From Thermaurantimonas sp. (GTDB lineage: Bacteria; Bacteroidota; Bacteroidia; Flavobacteriales; Schleiferiaceae), in assembly GCA_046295455.1 (NCBI GenBank), contig JBKBNI010000007.1, positions 89,899 to 153,898 on the forward strand: a stretch of 64,000 bases of DNA, read 5' to 3'. Both the position numbers and the translations under genes were made by a program. The notes below the pieces were generated by a model. The model was not told where the DNA came from and made no database searches. It worked only from the letters and a program-made list of their open reading frames with translations. Shown here one piece after another: positions 62,793 through 64,000 of the stretch (positions are counted from its first letter, which is position 1; every line of letters begins with the position of its first letter).

Positions 62793-64000
62793 TTACAGTT
62801 CATTGATGCGAGACAGATATAGCTCAGCCTGGGCTAGGATTTTTTGCTTTTCTGTCGGATCCATTTTATCCCACGTGGGATACATCATGCCAATGCGCGG
62901 GTTTTTTTCAAGTAAAGATCTGTGTCTGTGGTAAAAATGCCAGTATAAGCTATTAAACGGACAGGCACGATCACCATATCTCTTTTTGGGATCATAATGA
63001 CAGGTTTGACAATAGTTGCTCATTTTGTTGATATAGTTGGATGTCGACACATAGGGTTTTGTGCCTACGATACCTCCATCGGCATATTGGCTCATGCCCC
63101 GCGTATTGGTGATCTCTACCCACTCAAAAGCATCGATGTAGATGCCGAGATACCAGCGATCTACATCATCAGGATGGCATCCGGCCAGCAGCGCAAAGTT
63201 GCCTGTGATCATCAGGCGCTGGATGTGGTGTGCGTAAGCCATGGAGAGCGATTGGCCGATGGCGTGCCGGAGACAGTTCATCCGGGTTTTGCTCGTCCAG
63301 TACCAATCGGGTAGGGGACGGGAGTGTCCGAAATGGTTGAGCATGGCATACTCAGGCATTTTGGCCCAATAGATGGCCCTCATGTATTCGCGCCAGCCAA
63401 GGATCTGGCGTACAAAGCCTTCCAATTGAGATAAGCTGATTTCATCTGGTCTCTGGCTCCATTCATCGATACACCTCTGGATTACTTCCAGCGGATGGAT
63501 CATTTTCGTATTCAGTGCATAAGACAGTCTGGAGTGGTATCCCGTGGATAGTTGGGTATGCATAGCATCCTGAAATGTGCCAAAGTTTTGCAACAGATGT
63601 TTGGCGAAGTAGTCCAATAGGTTAAGAGACTCCTGTCGGTTGATTGGATAAGATAGTGTGTTATCCGGGATGGCTCCCAATGTCTGTACACCCAGCCGTC
63701 GGATTGTATCCACGATCTCTTCCGCTTTGTGGTCAAACAGCAAGGGGGGTGGGGGCATGTGGTTCTTTGGAAAAGGTTTGCGGTTTTCAGCGTCGAAGTT
63801 CCAACGGCCACCTTCGGGCTGTTGGTGCTCATCTACCAATATGTTGTACTTCTTTCGGAAATGGCGGTAAAAACTTTCGAGAAGGTACGACTTTTTTCCT
63901 TCAAATACCTCTATCAGACTATTTCGGTCTGAAAGAAAATGTTCGGAACTCACCATTTTTACAGGCAAGCTCAGCTTTATTGGCAATTCAGACAGGATCC
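62793..64000 (-). CDS. cryptochrome/photolyase family protein, FeS-BCP (PhrB/CryB-type); 5' end outside the window
   Basis: GGRWNFDAENR, RQILGWREY, YAHHIQRLM, DAFEWVE, KPYVST; four Cys (MNC, YCQTC, ACPF) for a 4Fe-4S cluster; frame open to the window edge. Confidence 0.93.
   Translation of the reverse strand, partial: ILSELPIKLSLPVKMVSSEHFLSDRNSLIEVFEGKKSYLLESFYRHFRKKYNILVDEHQQPEGGRWNFDAENRKPFPKNHMPPPPLLFDHKAEEIVDTIRRLGVQTLGAIPDNTLSYPINRQESLNLLDYFAKHLLQNFGTFQDAMHTQLSTGYHSRLSYALNTKMIHPLEVIQRCIDEWSQRPDEISLSQLEGFVRQILGWREYMRAIYWAKMPEYAMLNHFGHSRPLPDWYWTSKTRMNCLRHAIGQSLSMAYAHHIQRLMITGNFALLAGCHPDDVDRWYLGIYIDAFEWVEITNTRGMSQYADGGIVGTKPYVSTSNYINKMSNYCQTCHYDPKKRYGDRACPFNSLYWHFYHRHRSLLEKNPRIGMMYPTWDKMDPTEKQKILAQAELYLSRINEL

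Overview
A gene-dense chromosomal window from a member of the Bacteroidota. Support for this assignment: repeated TAnnTTTG -7 promoter boxes, a T9SS-sorted M43 protease, a PorE-like OmpA/PD40 protein and a DnaQ-fused DnaE. A Flavobacteriales lineage is likely but is inference. The window holds about 52 protein genes, one tRNA-His(GUG) and one disrupted outer-membrane gene. Most content is housekeeping: cinA, sucC, uvrA, rnhA, purN, rnr, xseA, ppc, ligA, paaABC, dnaE, ppx, gcvT and an FeS-type photolyase. I found no integrase, transposase, prophage or CRISPR array. The best candidates for uncharacterised systems are: (i) a class-I glutamine amidotransferase coupled to a circularly permuted ATP-grasp amidoligase, with a possibly linked esterase nearby; (ii) a lipoprotein with a catalytically dead caspase-like domain coupled to a patatin phospholipase; (iii) a QW-repeat alpha/alpha-toroid + AAC(3)-family acetyltransferase + SDR operon; (iv) a DMT + rhodanese + Tll0287-like cytochrome c lipoprotein operon. 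All assignments come from reading motifs by eye; no database searches were run.
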